Shown piece by piece: positions 11,513 through 20,811 of a stretch of 32,000 nucleotides of DNA; the first letter of the stretch is position 1, and each line of letters opens with the position of its first letter. A program made the position numbers and the translations under genes. The stretch covers positions 1,770,001-1,802,000 of the forward strand of contig NC_003364.1 of NCBI RefSeq assembly GCF_000007225.1. The letters are read 5' to 3'. The notes beneath the pieces are model-generated. The model had not been told where the DNA came from and made no database searches. It saw only the letters and a program-made list of their open reading frames with translations. Source of the DNA: Pyrobaculum aerophilum str. IM2. Lineage in GTDB: Archaea; Thermoproteota; Thermoprotei; Thermoproteales; Thermoproteaceae.

Positions 11513-13330
11513 GTGTCTGCCGTGAAATTAATTGTCGCAGAGAAGCGCTCAGTGGCCCAGTCTATTGCTAAATTCTTGGGGAGGAGTTATAAAAGCCAAA
11601 AACTGTACGGGGTATCCGTCTACCGTTTTAATTACGGGGGCGGCGAGGCGGTGGCGATAGGGCTCAGCGGGCACATAATGGATTTCGACTTCGCGGCTAG
11701 GCAGAACGTCTGGACTTGGCTCCCCCCTGAGGAGCTTTTCAACGCAACGCCTATTCTAGTCCTTAGAGGAGAGACTTTGAAATATGTCAAGGCATTAAAA
11801 TCCCTGGCCACTAAAGCGGATGAAGTGTACCTCGCGCTTGATGCAGACGTGGAGGGCGAGGCAATTGCCTATGAGACTGCCCTAGTGGTAAAAATGGTGA
11901 ACCCCAGGGCCAGGCTGTACCGAGTGCGGTTCAACGCAGTGACTTATAAAGAAATTGTATCGGCCTTTCAAAAACCGACTTATATCGACTTGAAAAAAGT
12001 GGAAAAGGTCTTCACCCGAATGCAAGTGGATTTGACCCTGGGCGCCGTTTTTACCAGATTCCTCACCTTAACGGTGAGGAATTCGCTTAATAAAGGCCAG
12101 TTCCTCAGCTACGGCCCCTGCCAGACGCCGGTGCTCGGAATAGTCGTCACAAGGGAGCTTCAACGGCGGAATTTTAAACCGGAGAAGTATTATGTGATAA
12201 AGGCAGTAGTAGAGATTGGCAGTAGTAAAGTCGAAATGTCAGCTGATGCGAAATTTAAAACTAAGGGGGAGGCGGAGGCCATCGCCGCCACTATAAAACG
12301 CGGCGTAGTCAAGATCGCGGTTTACAAGCCGCATTACGTAGAGCCGCCTGAGCCGCTTGAAACCGTTGAATTAGAGAGGAGGGCAAGCAGATGGCTGGGC
12401 ATTAACTCCAAAAAGACCCTCGACATAGCGGAGGAGCTTTACAGGGCTGGGTACATCTCATATCCAAGAACAGAAACTACTATCTACCCGCCCACTCTGG
12501 ATCTCAAAGAGGTGTTAGAAGAGCTCACCGCGGGAGAACACGGCCCGTACGCCCTGGAGCTATTAAGAAAGGGTTTCAAACCCACACGCGGCGACTCAGA
12601 CGACGGGGCGCATCCTCCGATTTACCCCACCAAGGGCGCTACTAGGGCCGAGATTTTTAAAGTCTTCGGGAAGGCTGGGGGCCACGCCTGGGCCGTATAC
12701 GACTTAGTCGTCAGACACTTCCTCGCCACTTTAAGCCCGCCTGCTCTTGTTGAGAAGCAGAAAATCGTAGTGTCCTTTGGCAAAATCGAGCTGTCCGCAG
12801 AGGGCCAGAGGACAATTGACGAGGGGTACTGGAGAATTTACCCCTGGGAGAGACAGCCGGAAAAGCCGTTGCCGCGCGTGGCGCCCGGCGAGCCAGCCAG
12901 GGCAGTTGAGATAAGGGTGGTGGAGAGGGAGACGGAGCCCCCGCCTCAAATGACCGAGTCAGAGCTTTTAGCCCTCATGAAGAAATACGGCATTGGCACA
13001 GACGCCACTATGCAAGATCATATTTATACAAATATCAAGAGGGGGTATGTAAAATTAGTAAAGGGGAAGTGTATACCAACAGCCCTCGGGATCTCGCTGG
13101 CCACGTCGCTCTTCCAGTACGCCCCAGAGCTCATAGAGCCCACAGTTAGGGCAAAAATTGAGAAGTCACTAAACTCAATTGTTAAAGACGGCGTATCGCC
13201 GGCTAAACTAATCGCGGAGATTAAATTGGAATTCAGTAAATACTACCAAAACCTAAAAGCCAAGAGGGAAGAGATTAAAAAAGCTCTTGAAACTGCTTTA
13301 TACTCCATTCAACAACAGTCCCGTGGATAA
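11513..13330 (+). CDS. topA: type IA DNA topoisomerase (Topo I/III-like)
   Basis: TOPRIM N-terminus KLIVAEKRSVAQSIA and acidic DADVEGE. Active-site tyrosine motif GYISYPRTETT. The start may be the GTG at 11522. Confidence 0.9.
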   Translation: MSAVKLIVAEKRSVAQSIAKFLGRSYKSQKLYGVSVYRFNYGGGEAVAIGLSGHIMDFDFAARQNVWTWLPPEELFNATPILVLRGETLKYVKALKSLATKADEVYLALDADVEGEAIAYETALVVKMVNPRARLYRVRFNAVTYKEIVSAFQKPTYIDLKKVEKVFTRMQVDLTLGAVFTRFLTLTVRNSLNKGQFLSYGPCQTPVLGIVVTRELQRRNFKPEKYYVIKAVVEIGSSKVEMSADAKFKTKGEAEAIAATIKRGVVKIAVYKPHYVEPPEPLETVELERRASRWLGINSKKTLDIAEELYRAGYISYPRTETTIYPPTLDLKEVLEELTAGEHGPYALELLRKGFKPTRGDSDDGAHPPIYPTKGATRAEIFKVFGKAGGHAWAVYDLVVRHFLATLSPPALVEKQKIVVSFGKIELSAEGQRTIDEGYWRIYPWERQPEKPLPRVAPGEPARAVEIRVVERETEPPPQMTESELLALMKKYGIGTDATMQDHIYTNIKRGYVKLVKGKCIPTALGISLATSLFQYAPELIEPTVRAKIEKSLNSIVKDGVSPAKLIAEIKLEFSKYYQNLKAKREEIKKALETALYSIQQQSRG

Positions 13331-14234
13331 CGTAGAAATACACCCACTTGCTTGGACCGCCGACTCTGAGACCTTAATAGAGGCGCCGCCGGGCTTTAAA
13401 TGGCTTGCGATAGAAATAGCCAGCAAGACAGGCGCCGCCGTATCTGGCCGGCCGGTGTGGGGCAGTTGCGATGTGAGGCTTGATAAGCGGTATAAAAGAA
13501 TTTTCCACTTGGGACACGGCGTCCCTCCCAACGTGGCCTACCTCCTTGAGAAAAACTTGGGCGGGAAGGTGGAGAGGCTTGATACTGATCTCTACGTCTT
13601 GAAAGCAGGGGGAATAGAGGTGTACTTCATACCAGTTTATTACATCCCTCCTCCGCGCCTGCCGCTTCCCCAGAAGGGCGGAAAGATATACTTCCCAGTG
13701 CCGTATAGGAGAATCGCCGAGGCAGTACACAGACAGACCGGGTTCCCCATGGCGAGGGAGCCAATAACTGGCTGTTGGGTTGGGGAGCCTCCTGGCAATG
13801 TGGCGTATGTAGTGGCGACGGGCTTATTCTACCCTTTAACTCTTAAGCTCTTCTACCCCGAGTCGCGAGTTTTTCAAATTGACCCCTTCCGAGGAGAGGT
13901 GAGGGACGTAGAGGGGGACTTCGCGAGGATTTTGAAATTGAAAGCTAGGGCTCATGTAACAGAGGCCAAGAGAGTGGCCGTTTTGCTGACCACAAAGCCC
14001 GGCCAGAGACAAGACGAAAAGGCAAGGGAGCTTGCGGCGAGGGGCCACACTGTGGTGGTTTTAGACGAGGCATCTCCCGACTATATCGACGACCTCCAGT
14101 TCGATTTAGTAATAAATACCGCCTGTCCGAGAATTGGAATAGACGACCTTGATCGAATTAAAACCCCAATAATAAACTACTACGAGTATATTCACAACAG
14201 GCTTGACCCGCGCCTTGCGGCTACACTACTTTAA
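13287..14234 (+). CDS. dph2: 2-(3-amino-3-carboxypropyl)histidine synthase (diphthamide synthesis Dph2)
   Basis: Dph2-type layout with a C-terminal NTACPRIGIDD motif. The TTG at 13287 overlaps topA by 44 nt. The GTG at 13323 (8-nt overlap) is the more plausible start. Confidence 0.75.
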   Translation: MKLLYTPFNNSPVDNVEIHPLAWTADSETLIEAPPGFKWLAIEIASKTGAAVSGRPVWGSCDVRLDKRYKRIFHLGHGVPPNVAYLLEKNLGGKVERLDTDLYVLKAGGIEVYFIPVYYIPPPRLPLPQKGGKIYFPVPYRRIAEAVHRQTGFPMAREPITGCWVGEPPGNVAYVVATGLFYPLTLKLFYPESRVFQIDPFRGEVRDVEGDFARILKLKARAHVTEAKRVAVLLTTKPGQRQDEKARELAARGHTVVVLDEASPDYIDDLQFDLVINTACPRIGIDDLDRIKTPIINYYEYIHNRLDPRLAATLL

Positions 14235-14240
14235 AAGGGT

Positions 14241-14561
14241 GTGAGATTGAGAGGCGTGGCCAGGTTTAAATGTCCAGTGTGTCAGAGGGAGGTAGAGATC
14301 CGCATAGACGTGAGTATAAAACCCGTGGGCGGGCTTCACGAGGTGTTTGTACAACACGGCGATCATTATATTAAGGCCTATATAGACACTGAGGGAGTTG
14401 TGAGAAGGGCGTTTCCCGTGCGCCTCTTCTACGTAGCTGATCCGCCTCTTTATACTTTAAGAGTATTTGAAGATAGGGCGGAGATAATAGACAGCGCGGG
14501 GCATGTGTACATCACAGACCCAGCCCCCCTCCTTGAGATAGTGAAGAAATTAATTGGATAG
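14241..14561 (+). CDS. small CxxC protein, hypothetical
   Basis: 106-aa ORF with a single CPVC knuckle near the N-terminus. Its stop is directly abutted by the next ORF. No recognised family. Confidence 0.45.
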   Translation: MRLRGVARFKCPVCQREVEIRIDVSIKPVGGLHEVFVQHGDHYIKAYIDTEGVVRRAFPVRLFYVADPPLYTLRVFEDRAEIIDSAGHVYITDPAPLLEIVKKLIG

Positions 14562-16166
14562 TTGCCAGCTGGGCTTATATTATACCGCGGTTTAATAAAT
14601 GTGGAGAAAATCGGCGTGGTCATAAAATCCCCTTCTATACACTACTACATATTCAGGCCATTTAGAGGAGTGGAGCTAGACGTGGGGGCTTTTGTAATTG
14701 CCGAAGTAGACGGAGTTAGGGTAATATCCCGGGTGACTGCAATAAGACATAAAAACGTGGCAGCAGACCCGCGGCTAATTGCCCAATTTGACGACGAAAC
14801 TACCGTTAGGGAGATAAAAGAGACTTTGGGAATAGAGGAGGTCTTGTACTACACAGAGGCTAAGGCAGTGGTTCTTGGCGCGAGACGCGGGAGGAGGGTG
14901 TACAAACCTCAAAAGCCGGTAAAGCCTTTAACTTATGTATACAGCGCCACGGCGCGCGAATTGGAGGAGTTTTTTGCCCCGGCGGATGACGGCGTGTATA
15001 TCTCCATAGGTCGCATTAAGGGCACATCAATACCCGCGTATATTGATGCAGAAAAATTAGTGACGCAACACTGCGCAATTCTGGCGAGCACAGGCGCTGG
15101 CAAGAGCTGGCTAGCTGGCGTCATTGTGGAGAGGCTCTCCTTGCTGGACATCCCCATAGTGATAATAGATCCCCACGGCGAGTACTCCGCAATGTCTATC
15201 CCCGCCACAGAGGAGGGCAACGCAGTGGCTGAAAAGACAAGGATTTACGTAGTGGGCAAGGTAGACGTAAGCCCAGTAGACGAGGCTTTTAAAAAGAAAT
15301 ACGGAAAGCCGAGGAGTTATGTAAGAGTTGGAATTAACCCGAGGAGCATCCCCCTGCGCACTTTAGAGAAAATATTAGACATGCTCTACACCCTGTCTGA
15401 CGCCCAGAAGAGAATTCTCGAAGAGGGATGGCAGTGGGCCACGAGCTACGGCGAGAGACAGCCGTTAACTACTGTGGAGGAGTTAGTAAACGAGGTTTTA
15501 GAAGGAGGTAAACACGCTGCGCCGCCTGGATACGCCGGGGAGATGGCTATGCGCGGACTTGAGGGCCGGCTGAAATCGCTGTTTTACACAAGCCCCATAT
15601 TTATTACTAAATACGGAGACGCATTCCAAGGAGAGCCCATTAAACTCCTAGACCCCGAGGCTTACCTCACGCCGGCTATTCACATTTTTGACATCTCAGG
15701 CCTCGACGGGCTTGACCAACAGATATTTGTGGCGGTTCTCCTCGACCAGCTGTACAGAACAGCCGCCCGTAGGAAAAACCTCGCCACCTTTATAGTAATA
15801 GAAGAGGCGCATAACTTCGCCCCGGCGTCTACTCCAGCCGTAAGTAAGAGCTATATCGTAAAAATAGCGAGAGAGGGCAGGAAATTCGGCCTAGGCCTCT
15901 GTTTAATCACCCAGAGGCCGTCTAGGCTGGATCCCGACGTAGCGTCGCAAGCAATGACCCAGATCTTTAAAAGAATGATAAACCCCCATGACTTAAAATA
16001 CGTATCAACAGTTGCGGAGCACTTAGACGATCCCAGGCCTCTGCGCGCGCTCGACGAGACCGAGGCCGTAATAACGGGCATTTCCGTCCCCGTGCCGATT
16101 GTCGCAGTAGTTGATACTAGATGGACCCGGCACGGGGGGACAGCGCCGAGTTTAAAAAGGAAGTAA
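14562..16166 (+). CDS. HerA/DUF87-like P-loop ATPase
   Basis: N-terminal barrel-like IGVVIKS...V..G.FV segment, Walker A ASTGAGKSW, Walker B FIVIEEAHNF and an arginine-finger region ITQRPSRLD. The GTG at 14601 is a likely true start. Confidence 0.8.
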   Translation: MPAGLILYRGLINVEKIGVVIKSPSIHYYIFRPFRGVELDVGAFVIAEVDGVRVISRVTAIRHKNVAADPRLIAQFDDETTVREIKETLGIEEVLYYTEAKAVVLGARRGRRVYKPQKPVKPLTYVYSATARELEEFFAPADDGVYISIGRIKGTSIPAYIDAEKLVTQHCAILASTGAGKSWLAGVIVERLSLLDIPIVIIDPHGEYSAMSIPATEEGNAVAEKTRIYVVGKVDVSPVDEAFKKKYGKPRSYVRVGINPRSIPLRTLEKILDMLYTLSDAQKRILEEGWQWATSYGERQPLTTVEELVNEVLEGGKHAAPPGYAGEMAMRGLEGRLKSLFYTSPIFITKYGDAFQGEPIKLLDPEAYLTPAIHIFDISGLDGLDQQIFVAVLLDQLYRTAARRKNLATFIVIEEAHNFAPASTPAVSKSYIVKIAREGRKFGLGLCLITQRPSRLDPDVASQAMTQIFKRMINPHDLKYVSTVAEHLDDPRPLRALDETEAVITGISVPVPIVAVVDTRWTRHGGTAPSLKRK

Positions 16167-16175
16167 TAAAAGGGA

Positions 16176-17510
16176 TTATTTTATCTGCACCTGAGCTGGC
16201 TTTACCTCTAAAATCTGGCCGGCGGCTATAGTCCTGCCCATATCTCTTAAAGCAAAGCGGCCTAGCGGCGGGAAGTCGCTGAACTTCTCTGCAACGACGG
16301 GCTTTAAGGGCTTTATTTTAACAATGGCCACATCTCCCTGTTTGATAAACTGCGGCTTCTGCTCCACTGCCTGGCCGGTGCGCGGGTCTAGCTTAGACAC
16401 AAGCTCTGTAATCTGCACCGGCACGGTGGCCGTGTGTATGTGCATCACCGGGGCATAGCCAGGGCCTATGGCCGTTGGGTGCCACAACACCACAATGCGC
16501 GCGACGATTTCCTCAGCAACTGTAGGAACGTTGTCAGGCTTGCCCAGCACATCTCCACGCTTCACGTCCTCTTTAGCAATGCCCCTGACGTTAACGCCTA
16601 TATTGTCGCCGGGTTGGGCTTGTTCAAGCTTCATGTGGTGAGTCTCAATTGAGCGCACATCCCCGACTTTTGCAGGCGGCACTATAACTACTCTATCGCC
16701 CACTTTTAACACGCCGGTCTCCACCCTCCCCACTACTACAGTGCCAGCGCCAGTGATAGTAAAGACATCTTGAATAGGCATTCTGAGCGGCTTGTCGACG
16801 GGCCTCTGAGGCGGCTGGAAAGAGTCAAACACTTCAAGAAGCGTGGGGCCTGTGTACCAAGGCGTATTTGACGACTTCGTCTTAATGTTATCTCCCTTTA
16901 TGGCGCTTACCGGTATGAAGTGTATTTTGCTGGGATCGTAGCCCAAAAGCTTTAGTAGCTTGCTCACCTCGGCCTTTACTTGCTCGTATCTCTTCTGGTC
17001 GTAGTTCACGACGTCCATTTTATTAACAGCCACTACTATTTGTTGTACGCCTAAGGTCCTAATTAGGAATAAGTGCTCCCGGCCCTGTCCCTGCGGGCCA
17101 ATTGCCGCCTCAAACTCTCCGGGGCGTGCGGAAATGACAAACAGCGCCGCATCGGCCTGGCTGGCGCCTACTATCATGTTCTTTACGAAGTCGCGGTGGC
17201 CCGGCAAGTCTATAATGGTGATAAAGAGCTTGTTGGTCTCAAAGCCGACGTGCGTGGCCTCAATTGTGACGCCGCGCTCTCGCTCTTCTTTAAACCTGTC
17301 GAGAATCCAGGCAAAGGCGAAGTCCTCCTTGCCTATTTTCTTAGCCATCTCCTCAATTTCTTTCAACGCCTTCTCATCTACGTAGCCCGTCTCGTAGAGC
17401 AGTCTGCCCACTAACGTCGATTTTCCATTGTCCACATGGCCCACTACTGCTAAGTTAATATGGGGCTTTTGTAGTGCCGTGGGTTTCGGTGGCAGTATTA
17501 TCGATGGCAT
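16176..17510 (-). CDS. tuf: translation elongation factor EF-1 alpha
   Basis: 444 aa. GTPase motifs GHVDNGKST, DLPGHRDF and NKMD, and a full-length EF-1alpha domain layout. Confidence 0.97.
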   Translation of the reverse strand: MPSIILPPKPTALQKPHINLAVVGHVDNGKSTLVGRLLYETGYVDEKALKEIEEMAKKIGKEDFAFAWILDRFKEERERGVTIEATHVGFETNKLFITIIDLPGHRDFVKNMIVGASQADAALFVISARPGEFEAAIGPQGQGREHLFLIRTLGVQQIVVAVNKMDVVNYDQKRYEQVKAEVSKLLKLLGYDPSKIHFIPVSAIKGDNIKTKSSNTPWYTGPTLLEVFDSFQPPQRPVDKPLRMPIQDVFTITGAGTVVVGRVETGVLKVGDRVVIVPPAKVGDVRSIETHHMKLEQAQPGDNIGVNVRGIAKEDVKRGDVLGKPDNVPTVAEEIVARIVVLWHPTAIGPGYAPVMHIHTATVPVQITELVSKLDPRTGQAVEQKPQFIKQGDVAIVKIKPLKPVVAEKFSDFPPLGRFALRDMGRTIAAGQILEVKPAQVQIK

Positions 17511-17530
17511 AAGCGTGGTTATTCATAGTC

Positions 17531-17538
17531 TTATAAAC
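17531..17538 (-). promoter_or_regulatory. TATA box of tuf
   Basis: Minus strand reads AAGTTTATAAG, about 21-28 nt upstream of the ATG at 17510. Confidence 0.55.
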
Positions 17539-17625
17539 TTTTCGCGAAGAGTCCTTACACTCCATAACCTCACTGCGCCGGATGGCAAAATCCGCATAAT
17601 CCGTAATATTACCAAATATAGGGTT

Positions 17626-18231
17626 TTATGAAAACTCAACGCCTTGCGTCGTCGTCAGCGTTACTTTGTACAAGAAATCCATCTGCCTCAGCGCCGCGGC
17701 ATAGTCGAACTCGTTGAGGGCCGCTATTGCGTCTATGGGCACCACCACGTCGTAAAGCCTAAGCCTTGCGCTTGCCACAGTGTGGAGAACGCAGATATTG
17801 GCCACAGTGCCCGTGACTACTAAATGCCTAACGCCGTACATGCGGAGCACGTGGTCAAGCGGAGTGCCGAAAAAGGCGTCGTAGCGCATTTTTTCAATAA
17901 CTATGTCTCCCTCCCTGGGTTTGAGCTCCTCTACTATCTGCCAGCCCCACGTCCCCTTGACCACGTGCTGGCCCCAAATCGGGAACTCCACGGGGTCGTC
18001 CTTATAGTGCGTGTCCTGGGTGTAGACGACTCTAACGCCCTTTGCTCTGGCGCGCTCTAGTAGCGATGCAATTCTCGGGATTATTTCCCTGGCGGCGGGG
18101 CCGTAGAGTTTGCCGTCTGGGTGGGCAAAGTCGTTTTGCATGTCTACTATCACCAACGCCGTCTGTTTAGCAGGCAAGGAGACTTTGTCCACAACGGCGA
18201 TTTTAGGAACTTTCACAGTCTCCGGCAACAT
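17626..18231 (-). CDS. pncA: isochorismatase-family cysteine hydrolase, probable nicotinamidase
   Basis: LVIVDMQNDF (catalytic Asp), EKMRYDAF (Lys) and VTGTVANICV (nucleophile Cys). An NaPRTase elsewhere in the window fits NAD salvage. Confidence 0.8.
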   Translation of the reverse strand: MLPETVKVPKIAVVDKVSLPAKQTALVIVDMQNDFAHPDGKLYGPAAREIIPRIASLLERARAKGVRVVYTQDTHYKDDPVEFPIWGQHVVKGTWGWQIVEELKPREGDIVIEKMRYDAFFGTPLDHVLRMYGVRHLVVTGTVANICVLHTVASARLRLYDVVVPIDAIAALNEFDYAAALRQMDFLYKVTLTTTQGVEFS

Positions 18232-18786
18232 AGAGTATAGTCAACATGAAAATATTAGCTTTATGCCGAAAAGATAATAGGGGGTCAAAGAGTTTATCAA
18301 AAAAGCACGTAAATAGGCGTGAAAAACGGACGGGGCAGTTGGAATTAAGGAGGAAGGTCTACGCTACAGAAACACGCCGTAGGCCCCGGCGCGGCCGCCT
18401 TACAGCTCTTCCTCGCACTGCAGTTATACCTCAACAGCTCCCAGCCCGCTTCTCTGAGCCTCGCCAGGGCGAAGAGATGTTTAACGGAAAACGACATTCC
18501 TTTTGTCCTTTACCCATCGCCGAGGAGGACGTCATGGTGGGACTGGGAGCGGCTGGGGGTGCCAACGTCGTGTCTCATAGTGGCTTACGACGCCTTTTGT
18601 CAAGTGGGGAGAGCAAAAGTGAAGTTCCGCGTTATATGCGGAGGGCGGCGTATGTCTAGACCCCTATACCGAGAGCGGATAAAGATAGCGGAGAGGGGAG
18701 GCGCTTAGCGTTAAGGGGGAATGCTAAGGCTATATGCGGGAGGCCGCCCCCAGCAATATTTAATAGCACCGGCTAAACTCTCCCTT

Positions 18787-19167
18787 ATGAAAGAGGTGAT
18801 ATACACTGATAAAGCCCCCAAGCCCATTGGGCCCTACTCGCAAGCTGTGAGAGTGGGAAACCTATTGTTCGTCTCGGGGCAAATACCCGTAGACCCCAAA
18901 ACGGGAGAGGTCGTAAAGGGCGATATACGCGACCAGACTAGACAAGTGTTAGAGAATATAAAGGCCGTCTTAGAGGCCGCGGGCTATACCTTAAACGACG
19001 TGGTCATGGCCTTCGTCTTTTTAGCAGACATGAACCACTTCCCCCTATTCAACGAGGTGTACGCCATGTACTTCCCCGAGAGGCCTCCAGCCAGAGTCAC
19101 AGTACAAGCCGCCCGTCTCCCCAGGGATGTTTTAATAGAAATTGCAGTAATAGCGGCTAGGGGGTGA
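18787..19167 (+). CDS. ridA: RidA/YjgF-family enamine/imine deaminase
   Basis: [21 protein letters not shown]...GQIP...[18 protein letters not shown]. The ATG at 18787 matches family N-termini and has AATATTTAATA about 30 nt upstream. The track's 18721 start adds 22 unlikely residues. Confidence 0.9.
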   Translation: MKEVIYTDKAPKPIGPYSQAVRVGNLLFVSGQIPVDPKTGEVVKGDIRDQTRQVLENIKAVLEAAGYTLNDVVMAFVFLADMNHFPLFNEVYAMYFPERPPARVTVQAARLPRDVLIEIAVIAARG

Positions 19168-19189
19168 GGAGGACTCGCAGCGCGGAGCG

Positions 19190-19504
19190 GTGACGACGAA
19201 CCGGGTGCCGACCCTTTTTATAATTGGTGGCGGAGCCGAAGGGCTGAGGCGCGCTAAGATGTGCGGCGCAGTGCACATAGACCGCTACGGCGAGGTCAAT
19301 CCCGCGGAGGTTGAGGGAGGAGTACAGGCACATGTGGAGGAGACAGGCCTGGCGCTAATACTGCTGGACTCTGCGGAGAGAATATACCTTTACCCAGAAT
19401 TCGCCGACTTGTTGCCCAGGCTCCCCCCTGAGAAAGTAGTAGTAGTCGCCCCCGCGGGACATCCCCTCTGCGCCTCTTACAAATGCGGAGAGCCCTGTTC
19501 ATAG
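19190..19504 (+). CDS. hypothetical protein
   Basis: 104-aa GTG-start ORF with no motif I recognise. The 22-nt overlap with the next ORF suggests co-transcription. Confidence 0.4.
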   Translation: MTTNRVPTLFIIGGGAEGLRRAKMCGAVHIDRYGEVNPAEVEGGVQAHVEETGLALILLDSAERIYLYPEFADLLPRLPPEKVVVVAPAGHPLCASYKCGEPCS

Positions 19505-20109
19505 CCACCACCTCTCTCACAAGGGCAGGCGTCGAGGCTTGTGTGGACTTCTTAGAGGCTATTGCCCCCAAGTTGCCCGAGTTCTGGCTCCCACTTCCCG
19601 TTGAGCTGTGCAGAGGGAGGCCGGTGGAATTAGGCCCCCTTGAGGGCTATTTAGAGCCGCTACTAAACCTCTATTACGAAGTCAGGGCAAACTGGCGTTG
19701 TTACAGCTCTGCCGAAGAGTTGAAGAGGAGGGAAATGGCGGCTGTGAAGCTCGCCGCCCTGGTTTTGAAAGCAAGAGTCTACGGGAGGGTGGACTTGAGG
19801 GAGTGGGACGCGTATTTCAGCCACACGCCGAGGCCGCCGCCCAAGCCCTCCTTAGTCCTGGGAGCGCCCAGGGGAGAGGAGGTGGTTATTTGCGGCACAT
19901 ACCCGCCAAATCCAATAGAAGTTGCGTACGAAATATGGGGCCAGCTGGCGCCTACGCAAAGGCTAGAGCTCGCCAAGTGGATTGTAAAATACATAGCTTT
20001 TATAACAGAGAGCATAAACCTAGACGAGGCCTACTACAAGCTTTTAAGAGAGGGGTGGTTAATAACGTACAGAACTTTTAAGTGGAACTCCCCGGATTTA
20101 AAGCGATAA
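19483..20109 (+). CDS. hypothetical protein
   Basis: 208-aa ORF with normal amino-acid composition and no recognised family. Confidence 0.5.
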   Translation: MRRALFIATTSLTRAGVEACVDFLEAIAPKLPEFWLPLPVELCRGRPVELGPLEGYLEPLLNLYYEVRANWRCYSSAEELKRREMAAVKLAALVLKARVYGRVDLREWDAYFSHTPRPPPKPSLVLGAPRGEEVVICGTYPPNPIEVAYEIWGQLAPTQRLELAKWIVKYIAFITESINLDEAYYKLLREGWLITYRTFKWNSPDLKR

Positions 20110-20300
20110 AACCCCTTGCTGAGTCCGCCAACCAGTTTATCATCACGTCTCAGAAAGGCCGGAGATCGCCACTATTTAATTCACGATCCTCTTAAAAAAT
20201 ATGAGGCCAGCAACAACACGCCTAAGTTGCTGTGAACTCAAAGCCTCATTTCCAGTGAAAAGGTGAATGCGATCTGGCCGTATTGAGAACTAATATAAAG

Positions 20301-20345
20301 TGGAGCCCCGGCCGGGAGTTTCGGCGGCAAAACCGCCTTCGAACT
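20301..20345 (-). repeat. orphan 3'-terminal fragment of tRNA-Thr (att-like site)
   Basis: 20301-20317 is identical to 22081-22097 (TGGAGCCCCGGCCGGGA, the complement of the T-stem and acceptor 3' strand plus CCA). Patchy similarity continues to about 20345. There is no matching 5' half. Confidence 0.7.
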
Positions 20346-20418
20346 GCGAGAAACACCCCCACGACATGCCGAATTTCCGCGGTAGGCCTCTGGTAGCGCC
20401 ACTTTTACGCACATCGCC

Positions 20419-20802
20419 TTAACTGTCATCGCCCCTATGCGCCACTTTAACCCACTCGTCTAATAGCTTTATCTCCGGCCTTAAGTAGACGCCGCGGGGC
20501 GTATCGAATACATAAAACGTTGCCATCTTATCGCCTACTTTACACACAGCCTTTTTCTCCGTCACGAAACACGACATGGGCTTTCCCCTCCATTCCCCTT
20601 CCCACCAAAATGCGCGCCTAAGGGCGTACTCACTAATTAGCGGTTCGGCGTATTTCCCCCCGTATTCGGCGATTGCCATTTTCGCCATTTCGCACATGCC
20701 GTAGTAAAGCTCTAGCCGCTTCACTAATTTGCTCCCTCCCCCGGCAGGATTGGCCACCTGAAGCATCTGCGATATCACTCCTTCAGCGCGGCCATTTTTC
20801 AA
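20419..20802 (-). CDS. hypothetical protein
   Basis: 127-aa ORF (TTG start). The internal ATG at 20766 has a GAAAAAT box about 30 nt upstream. No recognised family. Confidence 0.5.
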   Translation of the reverse strand: MKNGRAEGVISQMLQVANPAGGGSKLVKRLELYYGMCEMAKMAIAEYGGKYAEPLISEYALRRAFWWEGEWRGKPMSCFVTEKKAVCKVGDKMATFYVFDTPRGVYLRPEIKLLDEWVKVAHRGDDS

Positions 20803-20811
20803 GCCGCGTGG

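Noticed and set aside
18349-18392. GGAGGAAGGUCU...ACAGAAAC resembling the RNase P RNA CR-I and CR-V (P4) motifs
   Set aside because: The two P4-like strands are only 14 nt apart and simply form a local hairpin. There is no room for P5/P15 and no P1-P3 equivalents, so it is not an RNase P RNA.
18246-18659. 137-aa plus-strand ORF filling the pncA-ridA gap
   Set aside because: The product is Arg/Ser/Pro-rich and low-complexity, typical of a chance frame in GC-rich non-coding DNA. It has no plausible TATA spacing and no family resemblance. The region is treated as non-coding and flagged as a finding instead.
20095-20160. Possible C/D box sRNA on the minus strand (TGATGA at plus 20140-20145, CTGA just upstream)
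   Set aside because: No proper D box (CTCA instead of CUGA) lies at the expected spacing, there is no credible C box 12 nt from the D' box, and the candidate would run into the end of the 208-aa gene.
20238-20429. 63-aa minus-strand ORF reading through the orphan tRNA fragment, considered as the N-terminal piece of a split SSV-type integrase
   Set aside because: It does not resemble the integrase N-termini I can recall. The corresponding C-terminal piece would have to lie antisense to the 406-aa gene, where only Ser/Thr-rich noise ORFs exist.
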